Assembly: GCA_052327205.1 (NCBI GenBank)
Contig: CM126203.1
Coordinates: 94,426,001 to 94,490,000, forward strand
DNA: 64,000 bases
Source of the DNA: Somniosus microcephalus
Lineage: Eukaryota
Reading direction: 5' to 3'
In this document: piece after piece, positions 40,060-52,139 of the stretch
How positions within the stretch are numbered: position 1 is the stretch's first letter
How the letters are laid out: each line of letters begins with the position of its first letter
Program-made: the position numbers and the translations under genes
Notes under the pieces: model-generated
What the model was told of the DNA's origin: nothing
The model's database searches: none
What the model saw: only the letters and a program-made list of their open reading frames with translations

Positions 40060-42348
40060 TCATCTTCTGTTTTTACTTTTCCTTTTCTGCTTCTTGGAGA
40101 CTCTCTGGGCTCCATTGTCAGCTGCCACAGCTGCCAGCTGCATGCGCAGTTCCTCCTTCTCTTCCTCCTGTTTCCGTCGTAGAGCCAGCTTCTCCCGATG
40201 TTCCGTAGACTTTTGGTGCTCCTCCATGATTTCTGCACTTTGGGAGTCGAAGTTACAAGCTGGGCAGGACAGGACATCGTAATATTCGGTGTCGTCCACC
40301 AGGTCATGGTAATATTCGGTGTCGTCCTGAGCTAGACCAGTGAGAGGGTCGTCTATTTCCTCCATACCCAGCTGGACGTTAGCCAGCTCTTGTTCCAAAT
40401 CCAGACATCTTTCCTGAAGAGACTTCTTCATGTGTACCTCTGCATCCAGCTTTTTCTGGGCTTTCAGCAAGTCGTTTACTAGTGACCTCATTTGTGATTT
40501 TAATACTTCAACTTCCTTTGGAGATTGATCGATCGGACTATGCAATCCCTCTACCGGAGCAGCTGTTTCAGCGGTCTGTTGTTCTACATTGACGTGAGTC
40601 AGCGTACTTTTGGCATCCAATGGCTGCTCTGTTGCAGTCGTTTCAGTCTGTGTCGTCACATCAGCCATCTCAATGACTTTTGAGAGCTCCGAACCCTTTT
40701 CCTTTGAAGATCGCAGCTCGTGTTCAAGTTTTTCCCATTTCAGAGTCTTGTCCCTCAGCATATGGAGTTGGCTGACCGTTAACTCTTCTGACACCAGATT
40801 ATGGCACGCACCTTCAGAACCTGAATCAGCTTTGATTCGTTCGGCCTCCTCGCGCAGATGGTTGGTGTGCTCCTGCTCCATTTTCTCCATCAGTTGCTTC
40901 TGTTGACTTTCCAGATTCTCCCACTCTGTAACAAAGAACTTTTTTATTTCATTCATCTCTTGCTCAAAACGGCGAATCATTTGTTCTAATTGCTGTTGTA
41001 GTTTGAAATGGAGTTGAGTTCGAGCCCAGTGTCCCTCAAAAATGTGCATATCAGTAGACTTGACAGACTCAGAATTCTCTGTTAAACTATGTTGTTGTTG
41101 CTCAGTGGAATTCTGTGCTGAAACTTTGTCTTTTGCACATGGGTTGGTCTTACCATCATCAGTTCTAGAGTCTGGGCTGATTATCTGCACCGAGTTCTCA
41201 CTCTTTATGGCTTTTAGCGAATGCCAGTCCATATTTATGTTTCTAAACCACTCCCGGCCTAGTAGTGGTGGACCTCCCTCCGGTAGCACATATAAGTCCA
41301 TTATTTGACTTCCTTCGCCCTTGTTGGCCACTGCAACCTTTACTGTCCCGATGGGGTACACTCTCTGCCCCGTGTAGGTTGTCAATATAATCTCCGTATC
41401 CTGTAGGGGAATATGTTGGAATAACCTTCTGTAATCTTTCTTATTCATGACCGACAATGCCGATCCAGTGTCCAATTCCATTTTTACTTGGACTCCTTCT
41501 ATCTGAAGAGTAACCCAAATTGTCTGGAGGTCTGCACCCTTACCAACGTTGAGTACCCTTAAGCTAGCCAGTTCAATACTGCTTGCGTCTGAATCGGACT
41601 CCTGTTCGGCCACCTTGTGTACCTTTGCGTATTTCCCTTGCGGTGACTTCTTGTTGCTGGTCTTCTTCGCTGACCTGCATACTCTAGCTATATGTCCAAG
41701 CCTTCCACAAGTTCTACATTCTTGGTTTTTAAACCAACACTGGTTCTGATCATGCGTTGTCTTTCCACAACGATAACATTTGCCAGAACTCACACCCAAT
41801 TTGTGTGCACTGAGCTCCGGTGACCGTAGCTGCATTACTGCCGTGCCTCTCGCTGCGGCTTCGTGTGCTGCTGCCATAGTGACCACCTTCTCAAGCGTCA
41901 GCTCATTCTCCTCGAGCAGTCGCTTTTGTGTATCCTGTTTAAATAAACCACACACAAATTTGTCTCGAAGTGCCTCTGTCAGTCCCGTTCCAAACTGGCA
42001 ATATTTCGCTAATTTACGCAATTCCAGCAAATATTCAGCATTGCTTTCATGCTGTAGCTGCCTTCTGTCGTAAAATTTAAATCGTTCCGCTAGCATCAGC
42101 GGTGTGGGGTTTAGATGATCTTTCAGGACAGTAACAATCTCATCGAACGTCTTATCCGCCGGTTCATCTGGTGATAACAGGTGTTTCAATTGCCCGTATG
42201 TCTTCGCACCCATTAAATTTAATAATGTTAGAGCTTTATCTTGGTCACGAATTTTATTGGCCTTACAATAATTTTTTACTCTTTCAACATATATGGCCCA
42301 ATCTTCGAGGTCACTATCAAAGGTGCTAATATTCCCGTGTTTAGGCAT
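40060..42348 (-). CDS. 762-aa Gag-protease fused to STK10/SLK-like, optineurin-like and DNAJC21-like segments
   Basis: aa1-225 Gag with two CCHC, aa275-378 protease (ELDTGS, LLGREW), aa439-507 STK10/SLK-like coil, aa508-660 OPTN-like coil, aa~675-762 DNAJC21-like C2H2 finger and basic tail; no stops. Confidence 0.9.
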   Translation of the reverse strand: MPKHGNISTFDSDLEDWAIYVERVKNYCKANKIRDQDKALTLLNLMGAKTYGQLKHLLSPDEPADKTFDEIVTVLKDHLNPTPLMLAERFKFYDRRQLQHESNAEYLLELRKLAKYCQFGTGLTEALRDKFVCGLFKQDTQKRLLEENELTLEKVVTMAAAHEAAARGTAVMQLRSPELSAHKLGVSSGKCYRCGKTTHDQNQCWFKNQECRTCGRLGHIARVCRSAKKTSNKKSPQGKYAKVHKVAEQESDSDASSIELASLRVLNVGKGADLQTIWVTLQIEGVQVKMELDTGSALSVMNKKDYRRLFQHIPLQDTEIILTTYTGQRVYPIGTVKVAVANKGEGSQIMDLYVLPEGGPPLLGREWFRNINMDWHSLKAIKSENSVQIISPDSRTDDGKTNPCAKDKVSAQNSTEQQQHSLTENSESVKSTDMHIFEGHWARTQLHFKLQQQLEQMIRRFEQEMNEIKKFFVTEWENLESQQKQLMEKMEQEHTNHLREEAERIKADSGSEGACHNLVSEELTVSQLHMLRDKTLKWEKLEHELRSSKEKGSELSKVIEMADVTTQTETTATEQPLDAKSTLTHVNVEQQTAETAAPVEGLHSPIDQSPKEVEVLKSQMRSLVNDLLKAQKKLDAEVHMKKSLQERCLDLEQELANVQLGMEEIDDPLTGLAQDDTEYYHDLVDDTEYYDVLSCPACNFDSQSAEIMEEHQKSTEHREKLALRRKQEEEKEELRMQLAAVAADNGAQRVSKKQKRKSKNRR

Positions 42349-42755
42349 TGTAGATTTGCAATTTCTCAGATTTTATTTTCTTTACTTGTTATCAAAGATG
42401 GCGGCTTCCCGCTCTTGCCGTCGTCCTCCGCCCACAAAATGGCGGTTTTCCCGCACTTGGCGGTCTTCACCCGTCCCCCGACGCCGTCTCCCTTCAGCCC
42501 CCGAGTGCGGCCCTTATCAGCGGATGCGATCGATGGCCCAGCTGCGCCTCGCACTTGAAAGCGGCCCGGCCCTTATCTGCCGATCGCTATCGCCCTATAC
42601 CTCTCTCTTCCCCAGTCCTGTCTTCTACTCCGGTTCACAAGCTGATGGAGGCTTCAGGGTCCTAATGCCTGTCACTTCCAGTGGGGTGGTGAGTGGTGAG
42701 GTTTGAAACCTCTCTTCAACCGCCGTGGAATAACTGCCGCAGGGTAAGAACCTGA

Positions 42756-42765
42756 CTCGTCGCCA
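42756..42765 (-). promoter_or_regulatory. Primer-binding site of element B (tRNA-Ser(GCT) type)
   Basis: TGGCGACGAG one base after the 5' LTR; complementary to the ...CTCGTCGCCA tRNA end. Confidence 0.8.
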
Positions 42766-45700
42766 GTGTTAAGTCTGTGAATTATTTAGTTAATTAAAAC
42801 AGACTAATGAGTAACAATAAAAACAGGTCTTTACTGGTTGGAGGTAGGGACTATACTGAATACAAGATTACTGCACAGTGCTTATATACCGGTGTGTTCA
42901 CCCCCGGTATTACGTCTACAGCAGCCTGAGAAAGTAGTACATCTCTTAAGGTGGAACAGGCTTAAGCTCTCTTAAGGTGGAACAGGTTACATACACAACA
43001 CTACTTCTGTTCACAGCATACATATGGTGCAAGTTTCTGATCATGGAAGGCCTGAGTCTGCCTATGGAAACTGCATTTAGCTGTAAATATGATAGAGTTG
43101 GAGGAGAGCCTGAATTGTTAACATCCATTAATTAAAGGGAGTATGGTATCTGCCCCTCCAACCTCACATGCCACGACTCATTAGCCACATTTAAAGGAGT
43201 TCTGTCCTGGAACATAAACTACCTGTAATTCCCAGGAGAGAATGTGGAGCTAAAACCTCCATTCCAGTCCTTCTCCTTGAACAGCCAACATGCATAGACT
43301 CCAAAGAGATTAGAAGTGACCTGAAACTATCCCATAGATGTACTAACACCTTCAGTCTGGAGAGTCATTTGTTTCTCACTAAATTAATTGCTTTGATATT
43401 TTGCTTTGGACTTTGGAAGCTCATTTTATCTCCGTGAGTCGTAAAGAATCGTCCTTGAGATTGCAATTTCTAATGATGAATGGAAAGCTGTGGGTATCAG
43501 ATTTCTAGGTGACTGTTATCTTTTTGGGTCTTTTACTCTAGGATCACTCTCCTAGGTGAATTCCAACTTCCAGTGCCTTTGGGAATGCCTTCACAGCATT
43601 ATTATCCAGATAAAATGTTTGGTAATGTGCCCAGGGCAGTGAATAAAAACCGTGTCTCTCAGTTCTTCTTAAGCTACTAAAATTCTTTTCCTTCCACCAG
43701 ATCTATCTTCAGTCTATGATAAATAGAATATCATATCCCGACCTCAATTTAACTATAAATTATTATTAAATAAACAAGCAAATAAGTAACAATAATATAA
43801 CATACATATATAATATGTGGAAATGCTATGATCTATCCCCTTAATGGGGAAAATAGTAAAAGGTTGTGAATCTAAATACTAACCTGTATTTCTATAAACA
43901 ACTGTTCTGTACATAGCTCTCCTCTTTCTTGTCTTGTTACAAGCTTTGGGAGCTTAGTTTGTTCGATCTAAGTTTGTTCGATCAACTACACTGAGGACTG
44001 TTCTCCATTTGTTCCTTTTGTGTCTCCTGATCTATTGCCAAAGCTCATTAAAAATTAATAGCTGCCAACCTCATTCAAAAAGCAGCAAGCTACCAATTAT
44101 AACTGGATCAATCATGAAGTCTATATATTTGAAAATCATGTTAGATACCCTCTCAAGTCTTCTACAGGGAAACTATAAAAAAAATTGGAAACATATGTAA
44201 AGAAATAGGTTCAGATTGTAGGTAGCTTTTCAAAATCTGATGTATTGTACCTGATTTAAAAATACAGCTGCCAGACCAAAACAAGACAGTATTCCTTCAT
44301 ATTTGTCACAGTGGCACCTAGTAATCACTTGTGGGAGAGTGAACTTAAAATGTTATACTATATCTATCATCTTGCCAGGTCACCTACACCCAGAGATTGC
44401 TAATATTTTGGGGGGTAATTGTGAAGGGGTCTGCAATTTATTCCACGTCTTCTGGGATTCTCCCATGATTTGGGATATTTTAAGCAATGACCTTGTACAT
44501 ATTAGTGCCAATTCAGGTTTTTTTCAGTTATGATGGAGGAAATGCTGTTTCAAATGAGAAGATTGTAACTTTATATATTTTTTGATAGGATGTGGTCTGG
44601 CACTTGTATTTCTGCATCTGGTGCAAAGCGATCAGTATATAGTTGACATGATATCCTGCATTCATAGGTTTTTTTGGAGGGGGTGGTGGAAATATATATA
44701 ATCATCATGACCAAAGAATAGCTAGAGTATCCTAAGTGGATAGGTGTAAAAAAAGTTTCAGCTTGGTATTCTTACCACTGAACATTTTATTAGGTAGTGA
44801 TTTAAATGACAGTGAAGTTGTAATCACCTTAAATGATAGGGAGGTGGGTAAGACTACAGAAGGAGCCAAGCCCATGCAATATCAATGCAGGTGGCTTTGG
44901 AGGCACCTAGAGATTTTACAGGAGCAGAGGCTTCAGCAACCTAGAAAGACTAGTGGGCAGTTGTTCACAGGCAGAGGACCTGTTGTTGTAACTCTGAGCA
45001 CAGTGTAGGTGTGCAGGATAGCAGCAGGCCACCTGCACAGTGTTACTCATTACGCTGCTGCATATTGTGCACTGAGCAGGTCTGGCAAAGATTCAGCACA
45101 CTGACCTTACACAAGGGATGATGCAATGGCAAGTGGGGGGCTTTGACCTTGTAGCACTGTCCAATCTGTCATAGTCATTTGTCCAGAGAAGATGTTGACA
45201 TCTAATCAGAGAGGACGCATGATTAACAGTTCAATGCTACATCTCATCCAAGACATGGTAACCTTATGTAACTTGCCTACTTGAGAGAAGGGTACGGAGT
45301 CATGTAATTAACACATTAGCTGAGATTAACAGTCCGAGCTTATTGGAAGGCACAGTTGCTCAGTTAGGCAGTGATGAAGTCCGTGCAAAACTTTCAGTAC
45401 TAACACCAGACAAAGCTGGCTATGTGAGGTAATTTGTCTGTGATGGCAGCTGGGCAACAACCAGCCTCCTTACCACACAGTACACAAGACTGACAATTAG
45501 GGGAAGGATAAAATTTGTTACAAAGAAGAAAACAGAGTAGGAGTTAAGGGCAGTTTTGCAGACATGTTGGAAGTGAGTAGCAGTGTCCCACACAATTCAT
45601 GTCTGGAGCCACTTTAGAAAGCTGTGAACAAATCAGGACCTACCTGCAGTGTGAACAAAATGAGACCCTCTTAACACTGAAGAAATAGGTAGGTTTAATG

Positions 45701-46135
45701 CTCCAGAAATCACTAGCATAACTATAGTTGGAAAAAGCAGGCTCTCCTCAAAGTATTAAAATTGGCACTTGTGGTGAGATTGAAGTCTGTGGTTTATGTA
45801 TTTAAAAAAAAAGGATCTTCTCATTGTGCAGAAAGTAACGATGTTCCTATTGAACCAAAATTCAGGCCCACCTACTGCTGCAACAAATAATGGCTGTTTA
45901 ATTTTGTAAAGAACGCAGCCCTCCTTCTGATGAGAAAAATTAGGACCTGTTTACTTTCAAAAAATTGGGACCTTCTCTATTGTCAAAGAAGTTATGCAGT
46001 TTGGAAATCACACTGAACCACTTTCACAACTCCCCTCCTGAGAATTTATAACCTGCCAACTAGACACTCTGCCAACTCCCCCCTTGAAATAAGATACTTT
46101 GCTCATCCACCCCATTGATGCACTTTCAAAACCCT

Positions 46136-46880
46136 TAAGACAATCTCCCATCTCTCCACCTCTCGGGCACTCTACCACCTAATCCCCATTGAGGCACTTT
46201 CACAATCCCCTGAGACAATCTCCCATCTCTCCACCTCTCGGGCACTCTACCACCTAATCCCCATTGAGGCACTTTCACAATCCCCTGAGCCAATCTCCCA
46301 TCTCTCCACCTCTCGGGCACTCTACCACCTAATCCCCATTGAGGCACTTTCACAATCCCCTGAGACAATCTCCCATCTCTCCACCTCTCGGGCACTCTAC
46401 CACCTAATCCCCATTGAGGCATTTTCACAATCCCCTGAGACAATCTCCCATCTCTCCACCTCTCGGGCACTCTACCACCTAGTCCCCATTGAGGCATTTT
46501 CACAATCCCCTGAGACAATCTCCCATCTCTCCACCTCTCGGGCACTCTACCACCTACTCCCCATTGAGGTACTTTCACAATCCCCTGAGCCAATCTCCTA
46601 TCTCTCCACCTCTCGGGCACTCTACCACCTAGTCCCCATTGAGGCATTTTCACAATCCCCTGAGCCAATCTCCCATCTCTCCACCTCTCGGGCACTCTAC
46701 CACCTAATCCCCATTGAGGCACTTTCACAATCCCCTGAGACAATCTCCCATCTCTCCACCTCTCGGGCACTCTACCACCTAGTCTCCATTGAGGCATTTT
46801 CACAATCCCCTGAGACAATCTCCCATCTCTCCACCTCTCGGGCACTCTACCACCCAGTCGCCATTGAGGCACTTTGTCAA
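46136..46880 (+). repeat. 75-bp minisatellite, ~10 copies
   Basis: CAATCTCCCATCTCTCCACC recurs at 46141, 46216 ... 46816. Confidence 0.95.
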
Positions 46881-48578
46881 TCCCACACCACACTCCAGCA
46901 TTTCTTCCCAGCCCCGGAGACACTTTTACTTTCTTAGATACTTTACCCCCACCACCACTACTGAGCCACTTTACCCCTCACTATCGTAGTCTGGCACCCC
47001 AACACAGAGCCAGTTTACTCCCCACCGTCATTAAACATCCTGCCTAACCAACCCCACCGGCCACCTTGAAGACTTGCCAACCTCCCCACTGAGGTACTGT
47101 ACCAACCCTACCGCACTTTGTCAACTCCTCCACTGAGGCAGTATTGTAGCCTCCACCCGCCCCCCCCCCCGCCCCCACCAACCAAAGACACTTTTCCAGC
47201 TGCCCCCCTCCCCCCACTGAAGCACTATTCCAACTCCATCTGCTGGGGTACTTTTTGCTCTCTCTCACCCCTCTTCCCCACTAAGGTATTGATCCCCCCA
47301 TTGAGATATTTTTCCAACCTCTCCCCCACTGAGATACCTCTCTAAATTCTTCCCCTTTCCCCTCCACTCTCTGTCTCTCTCCTTCCTCCTCCGCTCTTGC
47401 CATCTCTCCTCTCCCTCTCCCTTCCTTCCTCCACTTCGGTCCAGTTATTCCCCTGCCCTGTAACCCTGCTTGATCTGAAGATAGCACTTAGACTTGACTA
47501 TCCATGTGCTACGTTAGGGAAATTGACTAGATATCTTTAATGTGGAATTAAGAGTTTTGGGGAGGAAAGAACAGCTACCTGTACCATAAGTAAGCCTTGT
47601 AAGATAATAGATAAACAATATTACAAAAATTTTACCTGTGAGGTCTTTAACAAACGTTAATACTTTTACTTTCTGGAAATCATGATATATTGCTTCAGTA
47701 GATTTGCTGCATTACAACATTGACATGTTATCATGCTTATTCTGTAAAAGGACCATGATAAACATCAGAAATTGCATTCTCAATCCCTGACTAGCCATGA
47801 GCAATGCCATGGGGATAATCTGGTGTGTGTATATATAGGTTTTTCCATATGTACATTTCAAAATCTGAGCTTTCATCTGGCCTTTCTGCATCTCTCAAAT
47901 ATACTAGAGAAGACCATAGCTTAATTCCAAAAATACAAAAAATAAATATTTCAAATCTCAAAAAAATGAAGGCAGCAAATCAAAAAAGAAAAAATCACAG
48001 ATATAATAGCTGAAAAATCCCTATCACTTAAATAAAATTAAAAAACTCCTGGAAAATTATTAAAAATACACAACCAATCTTCAGAGTAATTATAAAAACT
48101 AGGTGTAAGAAAAAAACTGCAAAATTAATGAAAAGAGGTACAATGAATCCAATATATAAATTTAAATTTCCTTATTTGCTGAAACAAATTAATTATGGAG
48201 ACGCAAGGGCTTGATGATCATGTTCTGACTGGTCAAGCTTATACCAATCCATATATTCTCCTAATCGTCTCAATCTTTGTGGTAACCTGAATTATAAGTC
48301 TGGAAGGCAAGCAATTTGAGATGTTTTTTCTATGTTAAAGGTATTATATGTTGTTGAAGTTTGGTTGAAGTTTCTCAGTATAATGAAAAAAATCACCTTT
48401 TCACATCCAGGTACAAAAGCAATTTAAAACAGTTGCATCCTTTCATACTGGTTTCATCTTCACACTTCATACCAGTAATGGCGTCAATTTAGATGCTGCA
48501 TGGTGATAATGTTAACATTCCATTTCTCCTTGTATAGACAAAACTATGAAAAGATGAGTACTCAGTTTGTGGCTTAGT

Positions 48579-48730
48579 ACAACAACTTGCATTTATATGG
48601 CATCTCTAATATCTCAAAGTGCTTCACAGTGGCCTAATCAAAAAATAGGCACTGAGCCAAAGAAGGAGGTATTAGCAGGGGTGACCAGAAGCTTGGTCAA
48701 AGATGTGGGTTTTAAAGAGGGTCTTAAATG
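48579..48730 (-). mobile_element. L2 3' end, interrupted by element D
   Basis: ACAACAACTTGCATTTATAT and GGTCAAAGATGTGGGTTTTAA as in the other L2 copies. Confidence 0.65.
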
Positions 48731-50192
48731 TGTAAGATTTGCAAAATTTCTACACTTCCCCGAAGGTTATTAATAAAAGGGGCCCTGCATGGACATTTTA
48801 AATCAAAAAGGGTACCCAAGATGGCGTCCGCGCCTCGTGGCAGAAAGCCTGTGAGATTTTAAAACTTGGACTCTGCGACGCAGGCAGCTTGTGGAGAAAT
48901 CGAAACCAAGGCTGCAGTTTCTGTGAAGAGAGAATTTTGTATTTTGAAACCAGACAGGACTTTGAATTATGTATTAGATCAAATTGGAGACAAATCTAAA
49001 CCCAGTTAGGCCTATAGTTAAGGCCATCAAGCAGTTTGCATAAATAATCGGCAACAGATTAAAGAAGCCATCGAGGCTGGACAGGCCCATCAAGGTGCAT
49101 TAATAACAAAGCAAGTCAATTATCGGGCTGGTAGATGCGATTACCGGCCATCTAAAAACAGTTAGTATAGATTGCTACCATTATTTAAAATAGCCCGCCA
49201 AGATTAAGACAAAGAATTAACCTGATTTGGCGCGCAGATAAGGGTTTTCGAAAGGAGTATAATTGAAGGCCCCGGGTAGCAATCGCTCTCTCTCTGCTCG
49301 CTCTGCTCTTCTGCTCCTCGCCCTCGTGGCTGTTGCTCTTTCCCCGTCCCGCGTTTACCCCCTGGCCTTTGCCCGTGCCTTTCCCCACTCCATCTGGAAT
49401 CGCCCAGGCACTGCATCGGACGGACACGGACAATTCAGGCCAGGCGAGGCAGGACGCAACGAAGGCGAGGAGGCGAGATGAACTGAGGAAGACAACTGAG
49501 GAAGACCAACTGAGGAGACGAACTGAGGAAGATGAACTGAGGACAGGCTTTGAATCATCGGGCCTTCAGTCTCAGCTGACCTGCGACTATCTTCATATAA
49601 ACTCAAACTGTCAGCCGAAGAAGAGGAACCATCATCCCTGCAAGGTAAAGTACCCAAGCAGAGACTTTAACTTTGGGGTACTCGAACCTGGACAACACCC
49701 TTGCAGCACCCAGAGACCACGTGACGACGGCAGGCTCCAGAGAGCACCAAGAGCGAACCCCGAACCCCACCGCTGTTTTGAGTCCAGCAGACCCTTTTGA
49801 TTGGTGAGCATAAATTCTGGCCCCTCATAGCTTAATCTAGGTATAGAGGGTGGGATAAGGATAAGGGGATTGTTAAGATAGTTGTTTTCCCCTCGATGTG
49901 CCGTGTGTTCCCCATTCCCTGTATAAGTATAAGTATAAGTATAGTTATTTGTATTTGCCTGTAATTTTATACACTGGTAACTTCTCATAAGACTGTGTTA
50001 TTTTTCTGTTTAATAAAATCTTGAGTTTTGCTTACATCCAAACCACCTGTCTACTCGAGTCTTTTCTGTATCGCCGCCTGTACCTAAGTCCGGTGTCTAG
50101 AACCCAGGGGTGTGGGAGCGATTCGAACCGCTCACAAACAGTCAGAGGCATAACTGACTGGGCGCACGCACCACCCCACACCACCCCCTACA
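48731..50192 (+). repeat. 5' LTR of element D (~1.46 kb)
   Basis: TGTA...TACA termini, starts where the L2 is cut, AATAAA 50012-50017, followed by PBS. Second LTR not in window, so the left boundary is inferred. Confidence 0.7.
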
Positions 50193-50196
50193 GAAA

Positions 50197-50214
50197 TGGC
50201 GACCGCGGCAGGAC
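50197..50214 (+). promoter_or_regulatory. Primer-binding site, tRNA-Arg(TCG)
   Basis: TGGCGACCGCGGCAGGAC, complementary to the vertebrate tRNA-Arg(TCG) 3' end GTCCTGCCGCGGTCG-CCA as I recall it. Confidence 0.85.
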
Positions 50215-50320
50215 ACCGGCAACAAGGTTGCGATGCAGATTTTATGGGGAACGAGGGGAGGACAGTTCCAACGTCACCGGTAGTGTCTAGGGACGACCCA
50301 GTTGAGAGAGAGGAGACCTC

Positions 50321-51378
50321 ATGACCACCACCCGTAGCGCCAAGTTTCAGCGAGGTTTTGGCAGCAAGTGGGGGGTGGAACCCGGGGTGGAGCCAGAGGT
50401 GGAGGCGGAGGTAGAGCAACCCCCACCAGAGAAGTCGGAGCCGGGACCGATGTGCCCAGCACGGCATCGGAGGTTCGGTCCACCCGCCAATGGCGACATT
50501 GAGGGACCCCTCCAAAACCAGTTCGTATTACCCTTTAACACCCAACAGCTTAGGGCTATGGTCAGCCATCTCCCAAGGCTCTCCGAAAAGGGAGACCCCT
50601 CGATCCACTTCAGGGAAGTAGAGCAAACCGCCAGCGTCAACGACTGCGATGACGCTGAGAAGGCCAAAATGCTGCTATTCTCCCTGGAGAGTAGTCTCCT
50701 CCAATCCCTCTCTGACGAGTGCAAAAGGGGGCAGTGCGGGTATGAGGAGCTTAGAGATGCGGTTCTGGAGGCCATGGGGATGGATGAGGGAAGTCCTTTC
50801 TCCCGTGTGGGGAAGACGATCCAGCTCTCGGGAAACCCCGCAGGCTTTTGCGGACCGGGTGTGGCTGGTGTACCGGAGGGCCTGTCTGGGGACGCCAGAC
50901 TGGGCGTTCCTAAACGGGGATTCCCTGACGCATTGGCTCCGTTGCCTGGTGGCAAACAGCTTGCCACAGGTCCGGGCCAAGGCAGAAGCCTGGTTCGATC
51001 CCAAAAATCCCCAGACCACCGAACTTACGGTAATTAGGCAGCTCACTCTGGCTTACAAAAACGGTAGGGGAGCCGATGCACACCCACCCAAGGGACAGGT
51101 GCATGAGGTAAAACCCGGACCGGGTAGGAAAGATTGGCACCAGGAAGGGAGTAACCCCCCCAACACCAAGACCAATTGTTATGGGTGTGGGAAGGATGGT
51201 CACTGGCGGAAGGAATGCAAAAACCCTTGGAAAGATAACAAGGGAAAGCATCCCACAGGCCCAGCCCAAAAGGCGGGGGCAGGGACCCCTTCCGCAGAGG
51301 TCGAGTCACTTTTGGACGCCATGAGGTCCTTGCTGACTGGCCAGGGGAGAGTAGCAGCTGCCACCGGTGCTCTCACCC
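50321..51378 (+). pseudogene. Element D gag (frameshift near 50830; last codons at 56914-56942)
   Basis: ORFs 50321-51037 and 50649-51413; ETPQAFADRV, CYGCGKDGHWRKEC. Confidence 0.8.
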
Positions 51379-51648
51379 TGATGTGCCTCAATGAATCCGA
51401 GACTCAACGTTAACGGAGCAAAGCAAGGCTTTTATTAACTCGGAAAGTAATACACATTGGAGAAGTGTCTCTCATCCAGAGATCTGCTGTACTGGATGTG
51501 AGACACGCTGGGCCTGCTTAAGTAGGGGCCAGGTATGGGCGGAGCCCTACACACAATACAATACAGGTAAGGAAATGAAACTGAAACTAAACTAAACACA
51601 GAGAATACAGTGCCTGATGAATGGCATATTTCATCACATTCGCCCCTT

Positions 51649-52139
51649 CTACAGATTTAGTCTGTTCGGGGGTTTGGTAGTCCTCTGTGACCGACGTAGC
51701 GGTTGTGGTGCTGCGGGTGTCGGCTGGGTGTCCCCGGTGGCCTCCTGGGTCTCTGCCGGGGGCGCCGCCAGGGTTGTTGAAGGGGTAGTTGGTGGGGGCA
51801 CCGTTGGTCGGTGTTCTTCCGGGGGTGATGAAAGAGTAGTGGGTGGGTAAGAGTTGCTGTGATCGTTGTTGCTGTTGTTGTCGTGGTTGTTGTCGTTACC
51901 GGCTGGGGCGACGTCTTTTATGGACACGGTGTCCTCCCTTCCGTCGACGTGCCGGACATACGCGTATTGGGGGTTGGCGTGGAGTAGGTGCACTGACTCC
52001 ACGAGAGGGTCCGTCTTGTGGCCCCTCACATGCCTTCGTACAAATACCGGACCTGGGGTGGAGAGCCATGACGGCATGGATACGCCTGAGGTGGATTTCC
52101 AGGGAAAGACAAACATTCGTTCATGAGGCGTGGCATTAG
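51649..52139 (-). pseudogene. Element C integrase C-terminus
   Basis: TNATPHERMF...DPLVESVHLLHANPQYA...LRRSQRTTKPPNRLNL*; homologous to element A. Confidence 0.88.

Larger units (their letters stand above)
39555..43000 (-). mobile_element. Complete non-autonomous Mag-like Gypsy LTR element B carrying host-like gene fragments
   Basis: 234-bp LTRs 39555-39788 and 42767-43000 (no difference seen), TSD CTACT, PBS TGGCGACGAG 42765-42756, PPT AAGAAGGGAGGAG 39801-39789; no RT/RH/IN. Confidence 0.95.

Noticed and set aside
40060-41034. True host OPTN, STK10 or DNAJC21 exons
   Set aside because: Partial, intron-free, abutting and enclosed by LTRs with a TSD, so no gene symbol assigned.
38050-48560. 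Exons of a neighbouring host gene in the AT-rich unique sequence
   Set aside because: No recognisable protein similarity or consistent exon chain.
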